Shown: positions 37,638-47,384 of the stretch, one piece after another
Numbering within the stretch: position 1 is the first letter of the stretch
Layout: each line of letters begins with the position of its first letter
Made by a program: the position numbers and the translations under genes
Notes under the pieces: generated by a model
Seen by the model: only the letters and a program-made list of their open reading frames with translations
What the model was told of the DNA's origin: nothing
Databases searched by the model: none
NCBI GenBank assembly: GCA_964561155.1
Contig: CAZLOI010000001.1
Span: forward strand, 178,799-242,798
Origin: an uncultured Candidatus Saccharibacteria bacterium
GTDB lineage: Bacteria; Patescibacteriota; Dojkabacteria; J137
Length of the DNA stretch: 64,000 nucleotides
Direction: 5' to 3'

Positions 37638-38272
37638 TGGACGCACAGGCATCGAGAAGAAAAAGATTAAACGAGCTTTTGGAAACTTCAAAAGGGAAGA
37701 CATATTTCGTGTTGTTTGTTACATTCTTGTTTCTTGCTGCTATGGTTATTTTGGGAATTCTTCCTTCATACTCTGCGTTTGCAAGGCAAGCTGAATTAAA
37801 TGGTTTAAGAGGACAATACATTATCGATCTACAAAGCAAACTATCAGTTCTGGAAGGACTTGTTGTTGAGGATCAAGCAAAGGCTGCGGTTAAGGCTACC
37901 TTTAACGTAATTATGCCTAACGACTTTAATCAAGTAGACTATATTTTCGAAGCTAATCAAACAGCTCTTAAGTATGGAATGAAGCTAATTGATATTAAGT
38001 TTGAAATAACCACAGACTTTGGTTCCAAGATAGTAGCGTTGGGAAGTGATGCGAATCTTCGAGCTGTATCTTTGAATATACAGTTAGAAGGAGACAAAGA
38101 TTCTGTAGCTGAATATATTTCTGACATGGAAAGCTCTATTAGGTTATACAATATTAACGATGTGATTATGGCAAAGAAGAATAGTGATGAGTTATCTGCG
38201 GATAGAACAAGACCATACAAATATACAATTCTTGCTCAAACATATTTCTTTACTACAGTTATAGATGAATAA
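37637..38272 (+). CDS. type IV pilus assembly protein PilO-like
   Basis: 211 aa with a short cytoplasmic N-terminus, one TM (YFVLFVTFLFLAAMVILGIL), coiled-coil and an alpha/beta periplasmic domain. Start-overlaps pilN (ATG at 37637). Confidence 0.35.
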   Translation: MDAQASRRKRLNELLETSKGKTYFVLFVTFLFLAAMVILGILPSYSAFARQAELNGLRGQYIIDLQSKLSVLEGLVVEDQAKAAVKATFNVIMPNDFNQVDYIFEANQTALKYGMKLIDIKFEITTDFGSKIVALGSDANLRAVSLNIQLEGDKDSVAEYISDMESSIRLYNINDVIMAKKNSDELSADRTRPYKYTILAQTYFFTTVIDE

Positions 38273-38534
38273 AGGTTGGAGAAATTTATTGATAATAGGT
38301 GTACTAGCTTTGCTTTTCACAGTAGGGTGGGAGATATACCAAACCAACGATGGAGGTCGAGATGACTTCAATCCTTTCGTTAATGTATTAGATAGATCTG
38401 TTTTGTTCCCAGTTACTCTAGAGAATCATATAAAGAATGGAGCAGCGAACATTATTAATTCCGATGCAGTTGTTTCCGAGGAAGATGAGTTCGCAGAGGT
38501 AGAGCAAGAATCAACATTTGTTGATGAGGAATAG
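38265..38534 (+). CDS. small single-TM protein with acidic C-terminus (possible PilP-like partner)
   Basis: 89 aa with N-terminal TM LLIIGVLALLFTVGW. Overlaps the pilO-like stop. Confidence 0.25.
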   Translation: MNKGWRNLLIIGVLALLFTVGWEIYQTNDGGRDDFNPFVNVLDRSVLFPVTLENHIKNGAANIINSDAVVSEEDEFAEVEQESTFVDEE

Positions 38535-38599
38535 TTCTAACTCCAATACCAACTGGTTATATTGGTTCCCCCTAAGATAGTTTCTATAACAACTTCCTT

Positions 38600-40843
38600 C
38601 TAACCGTTTCCTTTCAAATCTTGAATGAAACTTTCAGCGTCTGATACCAATACTTCTCTTGGCTTGCTTCCGTTCTGTGGTCCAACAACACCAAGTCCTT
38701 CAAGTTCTTCAATTAACTCCGCAGCTTTATTGAAACCGATGTTCATTTTTCTTTGTAGGAATGAACTAGATCCTTTGTTGAATTGAACTACCAGTCTAAT
38801 AGCTTGTTCTACTTGAGATCCTTTAGCCATACTTCCATCCATCATGAACCCCTCGTTGTCATCACCTGGAGCTACCTGTTTCTCTGTAATCTCGTTAATA
38901 TATTCTATTTCTGGAGCCTGAGATCTTATAAAGCTGACGATTCTAATAACTTCTTCCTGTTCAATTAGAGCACCTTGTAATCTAGCAGCCTTAATCTTGT
39001 CTGGTGCCTTGTATAGAAGGTCTCCATATCCTAGAAGAGATTCAGAACCGATTCTGTCTAAGATAACTCTTGAGTCTGTAGAACTAGTAACGCTCATACC
39101 AACTCTTCCTGGAATATTTGCTTTAATAATACCTGTAATAACATTTACAGAAGGTCTCTGTGTTGCAAGAATCAAATGGATTCCAACAGCTCTAGCTTTT
39201 TGAGCTAGCCTTACAATTGCAGTTTCAGTTTCAACCCTATTTGCAGTCATCATCATATCTGCCATCTCGTCTATAACAATAACGATATACGGAATAGCAG
39301 AGAAGCCCATCTTTTCGTTGTATCCTTGAATATTTCTAACCTGTTCTCCTGCTAGCAATGTATATCTTCTTTCCATCTCATTAACAGCCCACTTCAAAGC
39401 ATTCACAACCTTGTCCATATCTGTAATAACAGGGACTAGTAGATGAGGAATTCCGTTGTAGTCTGAGAGTTCAACTTGCTTTGGGTCTACCAAAATAAAC
39501 TTAACTTCATCAGGTGTCTTCTTCATTAAAAGAGAGGAGATGAAGGAGTTTGTAAGAACAGACTTACCTGAACCTGTAGCTCCAGCAATTAATAAGTGAG
39601 GTAACTTTTGAATATCTACAATTACAGCGGTACCATCAATATCTTTCCCAACAGGAACTGGTAATCCAAATTCAGTGTGCATCATATTCTCTGCAGACAT
39701 AAGTTCCTTAAATCTAACCTTGTCTCTGTTTTCTCTTGGAACTTCGATACCCAAGTATGTGGTTTCTGGAATAGATTCAATTCTAACTGCCTTGCTGTCT
39801 ACACCCAAAGCCAAAGCTAGGTTTGCGTTTAGATTAGAAATCTTTTCAACCTTTACACCGAGTGGAATATTAAGAGCATATTGAATAACAGAAGGACCAA
39901 CATAACTTTCTTCAACTTTCGCATCGATACCAAAGCTTCCTAATGTTTGTTCAATGATTCGAGCATTTTGTTCAATAGCTGGTTCCTTGTTTGTAGATTT
40001 CTTGTTTGGAATCAATAAAGATAGAGGAGGTAGTTTCCAATCTGGATACTTAAGATCGTCCTGTCTTAATCCATCGGCACCAATAGCACCTTCTTTAATT
40101 GAAGGATCGTTGTTTGGTTTCTTTGGAATATTAAATTCTGAGTATGCTCGCTTTTCTTCTCCATCATCATCTTGCTGAGCTCTAGTGTAATCCTTCTTCT
40201 TGCTAATCATCTTGTTAAAGTCTCCAAATGTTGATGCATTTTCGGGCATTCCATCTTCATCCTCATCTTCAAAGTCTTCATCTGTACCCCAAATCTTTTT
40301 TAGGAATGACCAGATAGAACTTAATATTATTGAAAGATATTCAAATATCATCTTTGAAGGAATTGCCAATGCAAGAGGAATTAATACTAAGTTAAGAATA
40401 AAGAGTATTAGTTTTGTAGCAGGTTGAGTAGGTAGTGTTTCCTGCATTACATTTGCAACAACAAAGTATCCAATCTGACCTCCAAGAGTTTCCCCAGAGT
40501 TACCAGCGTACCGATAGAGTTCCAACGGACCACTAGACATAGCGGTCATAAATGCTGGAATTGATAATAATAGTATTGCTTGAACAACAAGTGATCTAGT
40601 TCTATTGAATATATAGTCTATTCCAAGAAATCTTAAACTAAAGTTGAATGATACAAATACAGCTACGAATGTAGCAGTACCGAATACGCCTTTTGCAGTA
40701 CCAAATATACTTGTGTCAGTATCGTTAGAAAGTTGAGATAATAATAGAAATAAAGAAAGTACTAGTAGTCCAATACCAAGTACTGTTAAAGTTTCTTTGC
40801 TATCGTAAGTTGGATGTTTTTTCCTTGCCATAATTGTACACAA
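38600..40843 (-). CDS. ftsK: DNA translocase FtsK/SpoIIIE
   Basis: N-terminal 4-5 TM domain, a linker, then a motor domain with Walker A LLIAGATGSGKSV and Walker B VIVIDE. C-terminal gamma (winged-helix) domain GSSSFLQRKMNIGFNKAAELIEELEGLGVVG. Confidence 0.85.
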   Translation of the reverse strand: MCTIMARKKHPTYDSKETLTVLGIGLLVLSLFLLLSQLSNDTDTSIFGTAKGVFGTATFVAVFVSFNFSLRFLGIDYIFNRTRSLVVQAILLLSIPAFMTAMSSGPLELYRYAGNSGETLGGQIGYFVVANVMQETLPTQPATKLILFILNLVLIPLALAIPSKMIFEYLSIILSSIWSFLKKIWGTDEDFEDEDEDGMPENASTFGDFNKMISKKKDYTRAQQDDDGEEKRAYSEFNIPKKPNNDPSIKEGAIGADGLRQDDLKYPDWKLPPLSLLIPNKKSTNKEPAIEQNARIIEQTLGSFGIDAKVEESYVGPSVIQYALNIPLGVKVEKISNLNANLALALGVDSKAVRIESIPETTYLGIEVPRENRDKVRFKELMSAENMMHTEFGLPVPVGKDIDGTAVIVDIQKLPHLLIAGATGSGKSVLTNSFISSLLMKKTPDEVKFILVDPKQVELSDYNGIPHLLVPVITDMDKVVNALKWAVNEMERRYTLLAGEQVRNIQGYNEKMGFSAIPYIVIVIDEMADMMMTANRVETETAIVRLAQKARAVGIHLILATQRPSVNVITGIIKANIPGRVGMSVTSSTDSRVILDRIGSESLLGYGDLLYKAPDKIKAARLQGALIEQEEVIRIVSFIRSQAPEIEYINEITEKQVAPGDDNEGFMMDGSMAKGSQVEQAIRLVVQFNKGSSSFLQRKMNIGFNKAAELIEELEGLGVVGPQNGSKPREVLVSDAESFIQDLKGNG

Positions 40844-40926
40844 TTAACACACTATTGTATCATGATTAATACATCATACACGATTAGGTAAGCATAATCA
40901 TCTATCTATTTTTTGAAACAAACCTT

Positions 40927-41700
40927 ATGAAAATACTCGATTCACATACTAAATTTGCTCATCTTGGTAAACCGGGAACATACTTTACCTCAGGATTTCA
41001 AAGAAGACTTGATTTGATTAAGGATAGAGTACATTTGAAAGGAAAGAAGATATTAGATATGGGTTGTGGTGAAGGAGTGTGGGCATTTAAGTTCGCAGAG
41101 GAAACTAATCCAAGTAATGTATTTGGATCTGATTTTGATAAGGAACAGATAGAAGCTATAAAAGCGATGACAGAAGAACAACGTGCAAGCATTCCTGCAG
41201 ATAACTTTATAACATCTCCAGGTGAAGCTCTATCGTTCGAAGACAACACATTCGATATAGTTTTTCATAATGAAGTATTGGAACATGTTCAGGATGACAA
41301 GAAAACAATAGAGGAGTGTTTAAGAGTATTGAAACCAGGAGGATTAATGATCTTCTTTACACCAAATACTTTGTGGCCATTTGAACAACACGGAATGTTC
41401 TTCAGAGGAAAATACTATTGGGGAAACATTCCGTTTCTTCCATATATGCCTAATTTTATATACAAGAAGTTTGCACCACACGTTAGGAACTATGGTTCTT
41501 GGACATTAAGGAAGATAATTAGGAATGCAGAAGGTAACAAGAAGATCGTTTTGTTCACACAAGTGTTTTCAGGATTCGATGGACTAGTAAGGAAGTTTGG
41601 TGTGTTTGGTAAAGTTATCCAGAAGGTTATCCACTTTCTAGAGAAAACACCGTTACATATCTTTGGTATCAGTCACTTTGTTATAATCAAGAAAGTTTAA
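40927..41700 (+). CDS. class I SAM-dependent methyltransferase (Methyltransf_11-like)
   Basis: Motif I ILDMGCGEGVWA, an acidic loop FGSDFD, and motif LKPGGLMIF. Confidence 0.55.
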   Translation: MKILDSHTKFAHLGKPGTYFTSGFQRRLDLIKDRVHLKGKKILDMGCGEGVWAFKFAEETNPSNVFGSDFDKEQIEAIKAMTEEQRASIPADNFITSPGEALSFEDNTFDIVFHNEVLEHVQDDKKTIEECLRVLKPGGLMIFFTPNTLWPFEQHGMFFRGKYYWGNIPFLPYMPNFIYKKFAPHVRNYGSWTLRKIIRNAEGNKKIVLFTQVFSGFDGLVRKFGVFGKVIQKVIHFLEKTPLHIFGISHFVIIKKV

Positions 41701-41704
41701 TTGT

Positions 41705-42811
41705 ATGAAGAAAGTATTAATACTCCTCGCCGATGTAGGTAACGGACACAAATCAGCAGCAAATGCTCTAACTGAAAGCTTTCAAAGAAAATACCCAGGT
41801 GAATACGAGGTTAAGCATTTAGATCTATTTGAAGTTGCAGATATAGAACCATTCAACACTTCGAGCGTTACATATTCCCTTGTTTCAAAGAACAGAGCTA
41901 TAGAAGCATTTAACAACCTTCTTTTTGGATTGGTTAACACAGCTGTTGGCTACAGATTCTTTAGAGGATACACATTGAGAATGATGCTAGAAGCGAGTGA
42001 AAGAATTGTATTGGATGAAAAGGCGGATCTAATAATTTCTGTTCATCCAATTGTATCTTTGATACTGGGTGGGATTAAAGAAAAACACCCTGAATTAAAA
42101 ACAGCTACCGTAATAACAGATTTAAAGAGTGTATTTAAGTGTTGGGCAGATGATACAGCAGATCTAGTTGTTTCTCCTACATCTGAATCGGTAAACATCT
42201 TGGTTAAACTAGGAGTCGATGTTAACAGGATAATCTATCCACTGTTTCCATTAAATCCAAAGCTAACCGAATATCGATCAAAAGAAGAAGTATGTAATGA
42301 ACTTGGATTAGATATGAACAAGCCAATAGTTGTAATGACTGGAGGAGGATTGGGTGCACATATGCTTCAGAATGGATTTAAGAAACTAACAGAGCGAACA
42401 GATATTCAAGTAGTGCTAATCGCTGGAAAGATTGAGGTTGTAAAGAATCAACTTGAGAAACGATACAAAGATAACAAGAACGTTAAGATACTTGGGTTTG
42501 TAAATAACATACACGATTATTTCCATGCAGCAGACATAATTGTAGGTAAACCAGGACCTGCTTCTATACTTGAAATGATGCTTTTTGATAAAAAAGCTAT
42601 ACTAACCAGAAGAATCGGTGCTCAAGAGAAATGGAACGTAGAATATGCACTCAGAAACCCAAAGTTTAGATATATAGAAGAAAACTGGAACATTCTAAAT
42701 GCAACTGTAGATGAGCTACTTGCTTTCACTCCACACGAAGAGAGCAGTGGTCAGGTAAGAAGTTTTGATGAATGCTTAAAGATTGTTGAAGCACTTCATG
42801 CCATAATTTAA
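41705..42811 (+). CDS. GT28-family glycosyltransferase (monoglycosyl-diacylglycerol synthase / MurG-like fold)
   Basis: The N-terminal KVLILLADVGNGHKSAANAL matches the GT28 MGDG-synthase and UgtP N-terminal signature. C-terminal GT-B domain with GKPGPASILE. Confidence 0.55.
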   Translation: MKKVLILLADVGNGHKSAANALTESFQRKYPGEYEVKHLDLFEVADIEPFNTSSVTYSLVSKNRAIEAFNNLLFGLVNTAVGYRFFRGYTLRMMLEASERIVLDEKADLIISVHPIVSLILGGIKEKHPELKTATVITDLKSVFKCWADDTADLVVSPTSESVNILVKLGVDVNRIIYPLFPLNPKLTEYRSKEEVCNELGLDMNKPIVVMTGGGLGAHMLQNGFKKLTERTDIQVVLIAGKIEVVKNQLEKRYKDNKNVKILGFVNNIHDYFHAADIIVGKPGPASILEMMLFDKKAILTRRIGAQEKWNVEYALRNPKFRYIEENWNILNATVDELLAFTPHEESSGQVRSFDECLKIVEALHAII

Positions 42812-42847
42812 GTACTGTATAGATACTTTTATCATCACTTTCATCAC

Positions 42848-43861
42848 ATGAGAATAAATTTAATAACTGGAGCTACAGGATTTATAGGAACAAACTTAAC
42901 CAAGTATCTTTTGGAACAAGGAGAAGTAGTGGTTGCTATAGATAACTTTTCTTCCTCTGAAGAATGGAAATCAAAGCTGTTTGCAGAAAACGAGAACTAC
43001 GAGTTTATAAAGTACGACATAGTTAAAGAGTTGTCTCCTGTTCTTGAGGCATCTAAACTAATTCAGAAATATGGAACGATAGATCGAATATACAACCTAG
43101 CCTGTCCAGCTTCACCTCCCAGGTACATCAGTATCCCTCTAGAAACAATCGATGTATGTACAACTGGCGTTAAGAATATTTTGGATGCTGCCAACAAGTA
43201 TGGCTCGACCATTCTTCATTCATCAACATCAGAAGTATATGGAGATCCACTTGAACATCCACAGACAGAAAAGTATAGAGGAAACGTAAATACAGTTGGT
43301 CCAAGAAGCTGCTATGATGAAGGAAAGAGAATTGCAGAAACAATCTGCTATGAATACAAAAGACTATTCGAAACAAAGATTAAAGTCGTTCGAATCTTTA
43401 ATACATATGGTCCATACATGGATCCATCAGATGGAAGAGTTATTACAAACTTCATTCTTCAAGCACAGAAGGGACAGAAACTAACGGTATATGGTGAAGG
43501 TCAACAAACAAGATCGTTTCAATATATAGATGATCTAATTCAAGGTTTTCAAATGTTCATGGATTTAGATGATGACTTTATGGGCCCACTAAACTTGGGT
43601 AATCCAAATGAATTTACTATCCTTGAACTTGCAAATCTTGTAGTAGAGAAGATTCAAAATGGAAGCGAAATAGAGAAAATAGCAATGGATCCAAAAGATC
43701 CATATAACAAAGCAAACGATCCTCAACAAAGAAGACCAGATACTTCTAAAGCACAGGAGAAACTAGGGTGGTTTTCAAAGATACCACTAACAGAAGGTTT
43801 GGATAGGACAATTGAATACTACAAAAACTACGATGAATTGAGTAGTTCACATAAAGCTTAA
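42848..43861 (+). CDS. UDP-glucuronate decarboxylase (UDP-xylose synthase), extended SDR
   Basis: Rossmann motif LITGATGFIGTNL, catalytic YDEGKRIAETICYEY (YxxxK), and overall UXS-like order (GDPLEHPQTE, RIFNTYGP). Confidence 0.7.
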   Translation: MRINLITGATGFIGTNLTKYLLEQGEVVVAIDNFSSSEEWKSKLFAENENYEFIKYDIVKELSPVLEASKLIQKYGTIDRIYNLACPASPPRYISIPLETIDVCTTGVKNILDAANKYGSTILHSSTSEVYGDPLEHPQTEKYRGNVNTVGPRSCYDEGKRIAETICYEYKRLFETKIKVVRIFNTYGPYMDPSDGRVITNFILQAQKGQKLTVYGEGQQTRSFQYIDDLIQGFQMFMDLDDDFMGPLNLGNPNEFTILELANLVVEKIQNGSEIEKIAMDPKDPYNKANDPQQRRPDTSKAQEKLGWFSKIPLTEGLDRTIEYYKNYDELSSSHKA

Positions 43862-43915
43862 TTAAGAATAGTTTGAATACTTGCTTGATACTTTAAGGTC
43901 ATATATCATAAAGGA

Positions 43916-44047
43916 ATGACAGTATTAACATTTCTAATGCACGCATTCTATATAGGAGCACCACTAGCAGTTGGTTTCTATCTAGGTATGAGATATGCAT
44001 CTAGACAAACAAACAAGCTTCCTCTAGAAGTTGAAAAAGAATAATCA
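43916..44047 (+). CDS. possible 43-aa hydrophobic micro-protein (not in ORF track)
   Basis: ATG at 43916 encodes MTVLTFLMHAFYIGAPLAVGFYLGMRYASRQTNKLPLEVEKE, a single predicted TM. The SD AAGGA directly abuts the ATG (poor spacing), so coding status is doubtful. Confidence 0.15.
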
Positions 44048-44076
44048 CTAGGTGAGGACAGAAGACAGGACTAGAA

Positions 44077-44120
44077 AGAGTGCTTAGCACCTTCACGGTT
44101 TCCCTGCTAACTGATATAAT
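44077..44120 (+). promoter_or_regulatory. dnaJ promoter region: palindrome GAGTGCTTAGCAC (CIRCE-half-site-like) followed by extended -10 TGATATAAT 6 nt before the ATG
   Basis: GTGCT-T-AGCAC perfect 5-bp inverted repeat at 44079..44089. TGATATAAT at 44112..44120. The dnaJ ATG at 44127 implies a leaderless or near-leaderless mRNA. Confidence 0.3.
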
Positions 44121-44126
44121 TTCTCC

Positions 44127-45197
44127 ATGGCAAAAAAAGACTACTATGAAGTTCTAGGCGTTTCTAAATCTGCATCGAAGGATGAGATCAAGAAAGCATA
44201 TCGAAAATTAGCCAAAGAATTTCATCCAGACAAGAACAAAGATAAATCTGCAGAAGCAAGATTCCATGAAGCACAGGAAGCATATGATGTACTTTCCGAT
44301 GAGAAGAAGAGATCAGGATATGATCAATATGGTTTTGCAGGTACACAGAACTTTGGAGGAATGGGTGGTCAAGACTTCGGTGGTTTCCAAGGAAGCAACT
44401 ATGGAGGATTTGAAGATCTTTTAGGCAACTTCTTCGGAGAAGGGTTTGGCTTTAGTCAGCAATCAGGAAGAAGATCTAGAGACAAGAGAGGTTCAGATCT
44501 TGAATACAGAATGACAATGGAATTTAGTGAAGCTGTGTTTGGAGAAGAGAAAGACTTGGAGTATAGACGAAAGGTTAGATGTCAGGCATGTAGCGGTTCT
44601 GGTTCTAAATCTGGAAAGAAGAAAACCTGTCAGACATGTAGTGGTTCTGGACAAGTCAAACAAGTACAAAGAACAGTATTTGGAAGTATGCAAGTTGTTG
44701 CAGATTGCCAGACTTGCGGTGGACTGGGTGAGATAATAGAGGACAAGTGTGATGTATGTAGAGGAACAGGAGTTGAAAACAAACTTGAGAGCTTTAAGAT
44801 TAAGATTCCAGCAGGTATTCCAGATGGAGTAACTTTGAAGTATGAAGGGAAGGGAAATGCAGGAGAGAATGGAGGAGCAATAGGAGACTTATTCATTACG
44901 GTTTCTGTAAAAGAGCACAAGGTGTTAAATAGAAAAGGAGATGATATATTCATGGATTTAGAAGTAGATCCAGTAACAGCAGTTCTTGGAGGAGAGGTTG
45001 AAGTAACAACGGTACATGGAGAGGTGATGATGGATATTCCTGAAGGAACTCAACCAGAAAAGGTATTAAGACTTAAAGACAAAGGTGGTCCAAAGTTTAG
45101 AGGAACAGGAAATGGAGATCAATTTGTAACTATAAAGGTAAAGATTCCAACAAAACTTAGTAAAGACCAAAAGAAACTTTGGGAACAGCTAAAATAG
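44127..45197 (+). CDS. dnaJ: molecular chaperone DnaJ (Hsp40)
   Basis: J-domain [33 protein letters not shown] (HPD motif), a G/F-rich linker, four CxxCxGxG zinc-finger repeats and a C-terminal substrate-binding domain. Confidence 0.9.
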   Translation: MAKKDYYEVLGVSKSASKDEIKKAYRKLAKEFHPDKNKDKSAEARFHEAQEAYDVLSDEKKRSGYDQYGFAGTQNFGGMGGQDFGGFQGSNYGGFEDLLGNFFGEGFGFSQQSGRRSRDKRGSDLEYRMTMEFSEAVFGEEKDLEYRRKVRCQACSGSGSKSGKKKTCQTCSGSGQVKQVQRTVFGSMQVVADCQTCGGLGEIIEDKCDVCRGTGVENKLESFKIKIPAGIPDGVTLKYEGKGNAGENGGAIGDLFITVSVKEHKVLNRKGDDIFMDLEVDPVTAVLGGEVEVTTVHGEVMMDIPEGTQPEKVLRLKDKGGPKFRGTGNGDQFVTIKVKIPTKLSKDQKKLWEQLK

Positions 45198-45255
45198 TTT
45201 AGAATCTTGTAAATCCACTTCTCTGAGGTATAATCACACTAATTAGTAAACATTT

Positions 45256-45741
45256 ATGGACGACGCCAAGAGATTATTTGCAGAAGGATTAAGTAGTGGC
45301 TTTGCTGGAAAAACAAATCATGGTGTTACTCCCAGAGGTAGTTTTAGACTTGCAAACAGTACTTTGGATGATGGTAGACAGGAGTACAATGATGCTTGGG
45401 TAATAGGTGGTGGACAGGAATTAATAAGAACAGTAGATAAACAAGCATATACTAGAGTTTATGCAGGAGATGTAATAAATGCGGAAGGACTATTTAAATT
45501 AGGAATATACGAAGATCAGGTTATAGATTTCTTGGCATCAGTTCTTCGTGAGCATGCTATTAGTACACGAGCAGATGAAAACTTTGAGTTAAAGCCAACT
45601 GATTCAGACTGGGCTTATTCATACGAGGTTATATTTCATTCAGAGGATCCTTTTGTAATCACAGGCAAAGAAACGATTTCCTATAAAGGAACTAATGTCT
45701 TTCTTCATATGCATACTTTAAGTAAAGTTCGAGAGCCATAA
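45256..45741 (+). CDS. hypothetical protein
   Basis: 161 aa with no recognisable motif. A GGTATAAT -10 lies upstream. Confidence 0.3.
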   Translation: MDDAKRLFAEGLSSGFAGKTNHGVTPRGSFRLANSTLDDGRQEYNDAWVIGGGQELIRTVDKQAYTRVYAGDVINAEGLFKLGIYEDQVIDFLASVLREHAISTRADENFELKPTDSDWAYSYEVIFHSEDPFVITGKETISYKGTNVFLHMHTLSKVREP

Positions 45742-45874
45742 TCTTTCAATTTTAACCAAAAATTTTTCTTCAACACCACTAATCCAAATCCCAATTCTGT
45801 ACACAATAATTTCAACTAAAATTGACAATTTAGCTAACTTAACCTTAAAATATTCCAATGACTCTCCCACGAAG

Positions 45875-46678
45875 TTGCCTAAATTATTTTTAAATAATCT
45901 TTATATGGTTGATCTTTCAGAGTACGCAGGTTTTCAACTAAAGTTAGATGATTTAAAAGATAGATTCATATTCGATGACACGGTAACATACCAAGACGAA
46001 TGCTATGTTGGTCTTAACGAAATACTTCCAGTATTATTAAACAAATTTGTAAGATACCCAGAGAGAGTATACAAACTTCATAGAAATGTAGTTCCAAGAA
46101 CAGTAGATACAGCATCAGATTTATCCTACGACATATATCAAATACCAGTAGGGTTACTAGGAATTGAGTTTGTAAAAACTCATGTGTACTATGCACCTTG
46201 TTGTGATGGAAAGTTCTCAAGCATTATCGAATGCCTTTCAGGAGAGTTAACTGTGATTATGCAGAAGAATCTAAAGAAAGAGGATGAATATCAATTTGAT
46301 ACATACGTAGAAGATATTGTTGTTGTTACACTCAAGAGAGGGGAGAAACTAGCAATTCCTGCAGGATACTTTTATACTTTCGTAAACGCTGGAAACACTG
46401 GCGTAGTAATGGCAAAGCTTTCGGGAAAGACAGAATGTCAGGTAGATTATAATAGTTTACGTAGAGAAAAAGGCCTCGCATACTTTATAATCTCTAAGAA
46501 CGCAAAGGCGGAAACCGTAGCTAATCCTAAATATAAGATGCAGTGTCAGTTAAAAGTATATACAGTTAAGAAGATCTGTAGAGATGAGGTTCTAAAGAAA
46601 ACCTTTATCCCTTTTGATATTTCTTTGCCTTTGTTCAACCTGCACTTCATATCAAAGTCTGTTCATGCGTATTTTTAG
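45875..46678 (+). CDS. hypothetical protein (possible cupin-fold)
   Basis: The ORF track starts at TTG; the real start may be the ATG at 45905. The beta-rich segment LAIPAGYFYTFVNAGNTGVVMAKL is cupin-like. A TTGACA-17-TAAAAT promoter lies at 45823..45852. Confidence 0.25.
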   Translation: MPKLFLNNLYMVDLSEYAGFQLKLDDLKDRFIFDDTVTYQDECYVGLNEILPVLLNKFVRYPERVYKLHRNVVPRTVDTASDLSYDIYQIPVGLLGIEFVKTHVYYAPCCDGKFSSIIECLSGELTVIMQKNLKKEDEYQFDTYVEDIVVVTLKRGEKLAIPAGYFYTFVNAGNTGVVMAKLSGKTECQVDYNSLRREKGLAYFIISKNAKAETVANPKYKMQCQLKVYTVKKICRDEVLKKTFIPFDISLPLFNLHFISKSVHAYF

Positions 46679-47384
46679 AATATTGATAATAATTAATGCT
46701 GTAATCTTTGCAGCATTATTTCTATTGCAACTTTTTGTTTTCAGAAACCTAGGGAACCTAAATACTGGTCTTTTGTATCAGCTATTCGATCTTTCAGGAG
46801 GAGTTTCCCCATACGATATCTATATAGGAAAGTATTGGACACTTATTACCGCTAACTTTGTTCACATAGATCTAATTCACTTCGTGTTTAACTTCTATGC
46901 TCTTCTTAAAATAGGGCAGTTGGTATATGAATTCTACGATGGAAAGAAGTTGTTCATTGTATACATCCTAGGAGGACTGGGAGGTATGGGATTGAGTGTA
47001 GGTGCCGATATACTTCTTGGAACAAACACAGCAACTCTAGGAGCTTCAGGGAGCATATTTGCTCTAGCAGGAATTCTTATAGGAGGTGCTTTGAAAGACA
47101 GAAGATATGGAATTAATTTACCAATTAATCTAACAGCGTTCCTTCCAATTATAGTTGCAGCTTTGGTACTTGGATTCCTTCCAGGCAGTGGAGTAAATAA
47201 CCTAGCTCACCTTGGTGGTATTGTTGTTGGAATGCTTCTAGGCTTTGTTTTAAAACATGAAGTAGGTGAATATGAAGGTGAAAGAGAGCGTAAACTTGTT
47301 GATGTTTTATATTATCTCCTCTTCGGAGTCTTTATTCTTTCCTTCCTTCTGCATATAATGTATGTAATTACCTTGTTCGCATAA
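46665..47384 (+). CDS. rhomboid-family intramembrane serine protease
   Basis: Catalytic GxSG in TM4 (GASGSIFALAGIL) and the TM6 His (AHLGGIVVGMLLG), with 6-7 TMs. Start chosen at the internal Met (MRIFRIL) to avoid overlap with the upstream gene. Confidence 0.6.
   Translation: MRIFRILIIINAVIFAALFLLQLFVFRNLGNLNTGLLYQLFDLSGGVSPYDIYIGKYWTLITANFVHIDLIHFVFNFYALLKIGQLVYEFYDGKKLFIVYILGGLGGMGLSVGADILLGTNTATLGASGSIFALAGILIGGALKDRRYGINLPINLTAFLPIIVAALVLGFLPGSGVNNLAHLGGIVVGMLLGFVLKHEVGEYEGERERKLVDVLYYLLFGVFILSFLLHIMYVITLFA

Noticed and set aside
44047-44126. Full CIRCE element upstream of dnaJ
   Set aside because: Only a collapsed GAGTGCT-TAGCAC palindrome is present, not TTAGCACTC-N9-GAGTGCTAA. It is reported as a weaker regulatory candidate rather than CIRCE.
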